A stretch of DNA of 64,000 nucleotides from Albugo candida (taxonomy: Eukaryota): contig JBDOQK010000011.1 of NCBI GenBank assembly GCA_040437565.1, positions 124,001 to 188,000 of the forward strand, written 5' to 3'. Below are positions 60,202-64,000 of the stretch, one piece after another. Each line of letters starts with the position of its first letter. Position 1 is the first letter of the stretch. A program made the translations under genes and the position numbers. The notes under the pieces are model-generated. The model did no database searches and had not been told where the DNA came from. It saw only the letters and a program-made list of their open reading frames with translations.

Positions 60202-62395
60202 ATGAAACCACAGGTCGTTTACTCTACGAGAAATGTGATTCCACGACCACGATCACGTCAATCAGCAAATGGAAAGACTGACAACACAGAGGAACCGAGC
60301 AACGCGCATATTGCAAATCGAGAGGCAAAGGATAAGAAACACCAATATCGGCGGAATAGTCTGCATCATGATGATTCTTCGGAAAAGACAAAGCGACGAA
60401 CAAAAAGTGGCTCTGACTTTCAGGCAACGCACGATCGAAGAAGAGACAAGAGCTTCGTACGTAAGTCATCACCAGAAGGTAGTACAGGCCCCATGGGCAC
60501 GAGAGGAAAAATGCTATCTCCATCCCGACCGCTAATACAAAGTGACCAAAGCAGTGTTTTTGAGTGTGTGAAGATGATGGTCTGGCAGAAGACAGATGCG
60601 GCGCTTTTGGTGGACGCTAAAGGATCTTTGACTGGAATTCTCACTGATAGCGTATACTAGTTGCTTGCTTACATCAGTTGAAACACTTTTGGATGAATTT
60701 TTTTTACATAGGACATCGCGTACAAAGTAGTGGCTATGGGAAAAGACCCGAAGAAGTATATGGTTTGTGAGGTCATGACTCCAAATCCTTCATGTGTCTC
60801 ACCTGACGCAAATCCGATTGACGCACTCAATAAGATGATCAGTGGAAAATTTCGTCACCTACCTGTGGCTGATAACGAAAAAAGTAGGAATTGTAACGCT
60901 GCCTGTACTTAATACTGAATTGGTTATGCAAAGTTGTGGGTATACTGGATATTGCAAAGTGCCTTTATGATGCTATCACGCGTATTCAGCACACTTACGA
61001 CGTTTCAGACGATCGGCTATCGGAAGTGGTTCAGAAGGTAATTCGCATAGGAATGGCACTTCACTCTCTTGAATTGATCCATCATTCGTAGCTACGGTCT
61101 CATTTTCCTAGTGTGACGGCTGAGAATCTGCTCAAACATTTGCGTGAAAAAGTATGTTTTTGCATTTACTGTGGTTTTGGACCTTGTAACAATTTGTTTG
61201 GCCCTCTAGTTGTTTTTAGCAACACTTTCGGTCATTGTCAACGAAGACGCCGTCGTACCGATCGTACATCCTAATGACACTGCTTTCCAGGCTGCCAAAT
61301 TGATGCTTCGAGAACGGATAAGCGCCGGTACCTTCAACTTGATGATGTAGTTAGACTTAACTCATCACCTTATTGTAGTCATGGTATGTAACGAAGCCGA
61401 TGAAATGATTGGTATCATGACTTCCAAAGATTTGATGCGTCGTGTCGTGGCTCTGGATATTGATTCCTCAACATGTCACGTGTCAAGTGTGATGACGCTA
61501 GAACCGTACGCAGCGACGAAACACACAACTATTCTGGAAACTTTGCACTCGATGCATGATGGAAAGTTCTTACATGTCCCAGTAATGGACTCTACGAAAA
61601 AGAAACTTGTCGGCTTACTCGACGTATTACAAGTGACACGTGGAGTTGTGAAGCAGTTGGGGAGTTTTCAGCGTGTGAATAAAGGAGATCTGAAGACTTT
61701 GTGGGATCATTATCGAGCGGAATTCATGCAAGCAAAGGAAATCGTATCTCATGAACACCACTTGTCTGCTGAAAGGAGCCTAGTCGATCCAGACCGTAAT
61801 ATCTCGAACTATCAGGTTAAATCGGGGAAGAAGGAGCTTGGAGGCTTGAAGGGTACCACAACATCCATCGAAACGAGATTACCGAATATGCATTATTTAC
61901 CGGAAAGTTTTGATGAGTGTCCCGTCTCTGAGTCCACTCCAGATACCTTTGTTTACAAAATTGTTGATCGGAATGGAGTGACACATCGCTTTACTAGCTC
62001 AGCCGAGGACATTTCTGAGCTTTTACAGGACGTACAACATCGCATAGGTGATCATACCATTCGACAACTACAATACGTGGATGATGATGGCGATCACGTA
62101 CGTGCATCTAAGACAGCCTTGCCGTGCTCCGATCACAAGGACTCTTCTATTTTAGGTGCTTCTACTCACAAATGAAGATCTTAAAGACAGCGTCAGACGA
62201 GCTCGTATGTGGGGAAACAAATATCTTCGACTGATAATCCCCATACGTGGTCCAAGGCATTTTGAAAGACCATCTGAAGACGCTTTTCGACGGATTGATG
62301 TTAGTCGACAAGAGTCAGTATCAGGGATAGTATATTACGCAGCTGCAGCAGCAGCGATCGCAGGAGCTTCATTTCTCCTGAGTCGGCGAAGATAG
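60202..62395 (+). CDS. CBS-pair x2 plus PB1 domain protein with C-terminal membrane anchor, multi-exon
   Basis: GILTD.DI, VMTPNP, GKFRHLPV, GIMTSKDLMRRVVA and MHDGKFLHVPV; PB1 'LQYVDDDGDH|VLL'; hydrophobic tail ending RRR. Confidence 0.88.
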
Positions 62396-62761
62396 GATAT
62401 GATGCTCCCATCACCTATATGGTTTTTGGACACACTGGATGGCTGGAAGATATCGTTCAAACATGCTTTTTGTCATCGTCGTCAACATAGAGTGGGATAC
62501 GTAGATCCCCATGATAGCAAGATTCTCAATCGATAAGAACTCGAGTGGGTGCTATAGAACTACATGATCCAGGTCTATCTCGAAGATTTTTTTCTGGTCA
62601 GCATACAGGACACTGCTTATGCCAGCGAGCTGTATTTGTCGAGCGATCGAGTTCAAGAAAGCGATGTGACAATTTGTACTTGTTAGATTGTTTAAGGAAA
62701 TCCATATCTGTAGCATTGCATCAGCGAGATGCATATTGTTTTCGGCGCTTTTGCAAAGAAA

Positions 62762-63449
62762 TCATACACCAAGCCATTTTAACGCAAGAATAAGAGCTGT
62801 AGCTGGAGTCGGGAGGTAATCATCTATACGTCGAGATGGCTGACTCGATTCTCGATATAGAAATTCCATGCTTGTTTTCAGCGATTCCTGCAAGACGCTT
62901 TCTTCGAACTCGAAAATCCACATCGCGATTGCCCACGATACGCTTGCGATAAGCGGAAAATGCGACTTTAATGAGAAATTGTTGAATGGAGCAATATCTC
63001 GCGCAGCTAGTAGCCGAAATCCTGCATATATATTCCGAACCAGTAGGTACATGACGACTTGGTTATTCACGCTCGTATATTTTCCCCAGACAAAGTAGCC
63101 ACCGAGAAATCCTGCTACAGCCGCGTGCCAATGCTGAACCGGCAGCCCGATATCTTTTTGCTGTGTTTTTGAAATTTTCTTCAACAAAACGAGAGTGCCT
63201 TTATAAAGTCCAACGAAAAGCGCCAAATTTTTGGTGTGCTCGTACGTAAGCCCAATGATGCGCCGAAATTTGCTCTGTATGGAGCCTTTGTTGAATAATA
63301 AGATCATAACAAATGCTGTGCAGAAATGTGATATATAGCAGAAATAATTGAATGCATTCGTACTTACCATGAGGGGCACGAATCTTCGTGCCATAGGCGG
63401 CACCGTTGCGTATTCCACGTAAGATGCTTTGGATATCATTGTCGAGCAT
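62762..63449 (-). CDS. PXMP4: Peroxisomal membrane protein 4 (PMP24; Tim17/22/23 family), 2 exons
   Basis: RGIRNGAAYGTKIRAPH|AFVM, HTKNLALFV, AGFLGGYFVWG, VNNQVVMYL and SMEFLY. Confidence 0.9.
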
Positions 63450-64000
63450 TTCTAAGCTATCACCGAGCTTACGAACACTTTGTGTGTGTCCGTAATTATA
63501 GGATCAGCCGCAGATTTCAGATAAAGCATCACATAAAGTCACTATACATATTTGCACTCTATTATTAGATAGCCTCGATGATGACACTAAGCCCAGATCT
63601 CGGTGTAACTCGAATGCTACTAAATCCTGATAGATGCTAACTCGTAAAAAAAGCATTCTCTTTTGGTGGATTTGGGATTCGTATTAGCAGAGAAACTCGC
63701 GCTGAGGTTTTGAAGCCATATCGCACATTATCGCCCACAATAAAGACACCTCCAAGAAAGAATTGTCGCGGTTCAGCAAAAGCTGCTAGCCAACATTTGT
63801 ACACTCGGATCAAGCTAAAATTTAGCTGTGAGACTCTGCCAGATCTCACTGACTAGATTGAACCCAAACTGAACGCACCAAAGATCACATGAGTATCTTA
63901 TTATTCTGTACTTATACAACCACTGACATTTTAACTCCCAGCGTAGATACAAATCAGTCACATGGAAGTGTTTTTTTTTCCTGAGCACCATGCGTACTAT

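Noticed and set aside
63570-63640. Possible box C/D snoRNA (ATGATGA...CTGA)
   Set aside because: Short, weak terminal stem, and no convincing rRNA-complementary guide identified by eye. An Infernal/snoscan search would be needed.

Overview
Compact, intron-containing eukaryotic DNA with short GT-AG introns and tightly packed genes. Gene content and TCATTY initiator-like promoter motifs suggest an oomycete, possibly Albugo-like; this is inference only. About 20 housekeeping genes are recognisable: folD, DCTN6, kbl/GCAT, an MRH-domain protein, a P4-ATPase, an OSCA/TMEM63-like channel with a lectin-like insert, TRM8, a PX-AGC kinase, PNPase, an SR protein, a RING protein, a TMEM8-like protein, a Rap/Ral-GAP fragment, UTP13, an MFS sugar porter, a DUF2431 methyltransferase, a CBS-PB1 protein and PXMP4. 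The scaffold has 14 gaps of 100 N; 10 are flanked by long unmerged direct overlaps (assembly artefacts carrying haplotype-like SNPs). The most striking biology is a family of three intronless, signal-peptide-bearing HAD-superfamily phosphatase genes (8724-9923, 45316-46539, 52139-53688) in gene-poor stretches. They share a homologous promoter, catalytic motifs and a Cys pair, but their mature proteins are strongly diverged. Two of them lie in an apparent tandem segmental duplication (junction near 47301) that also copied parts of the GAP and UTP13 genes. They are candidate rapidly evolving secreted effectors. Identities quoted are by-eye estimates, and exon boundaries were inferred manually.
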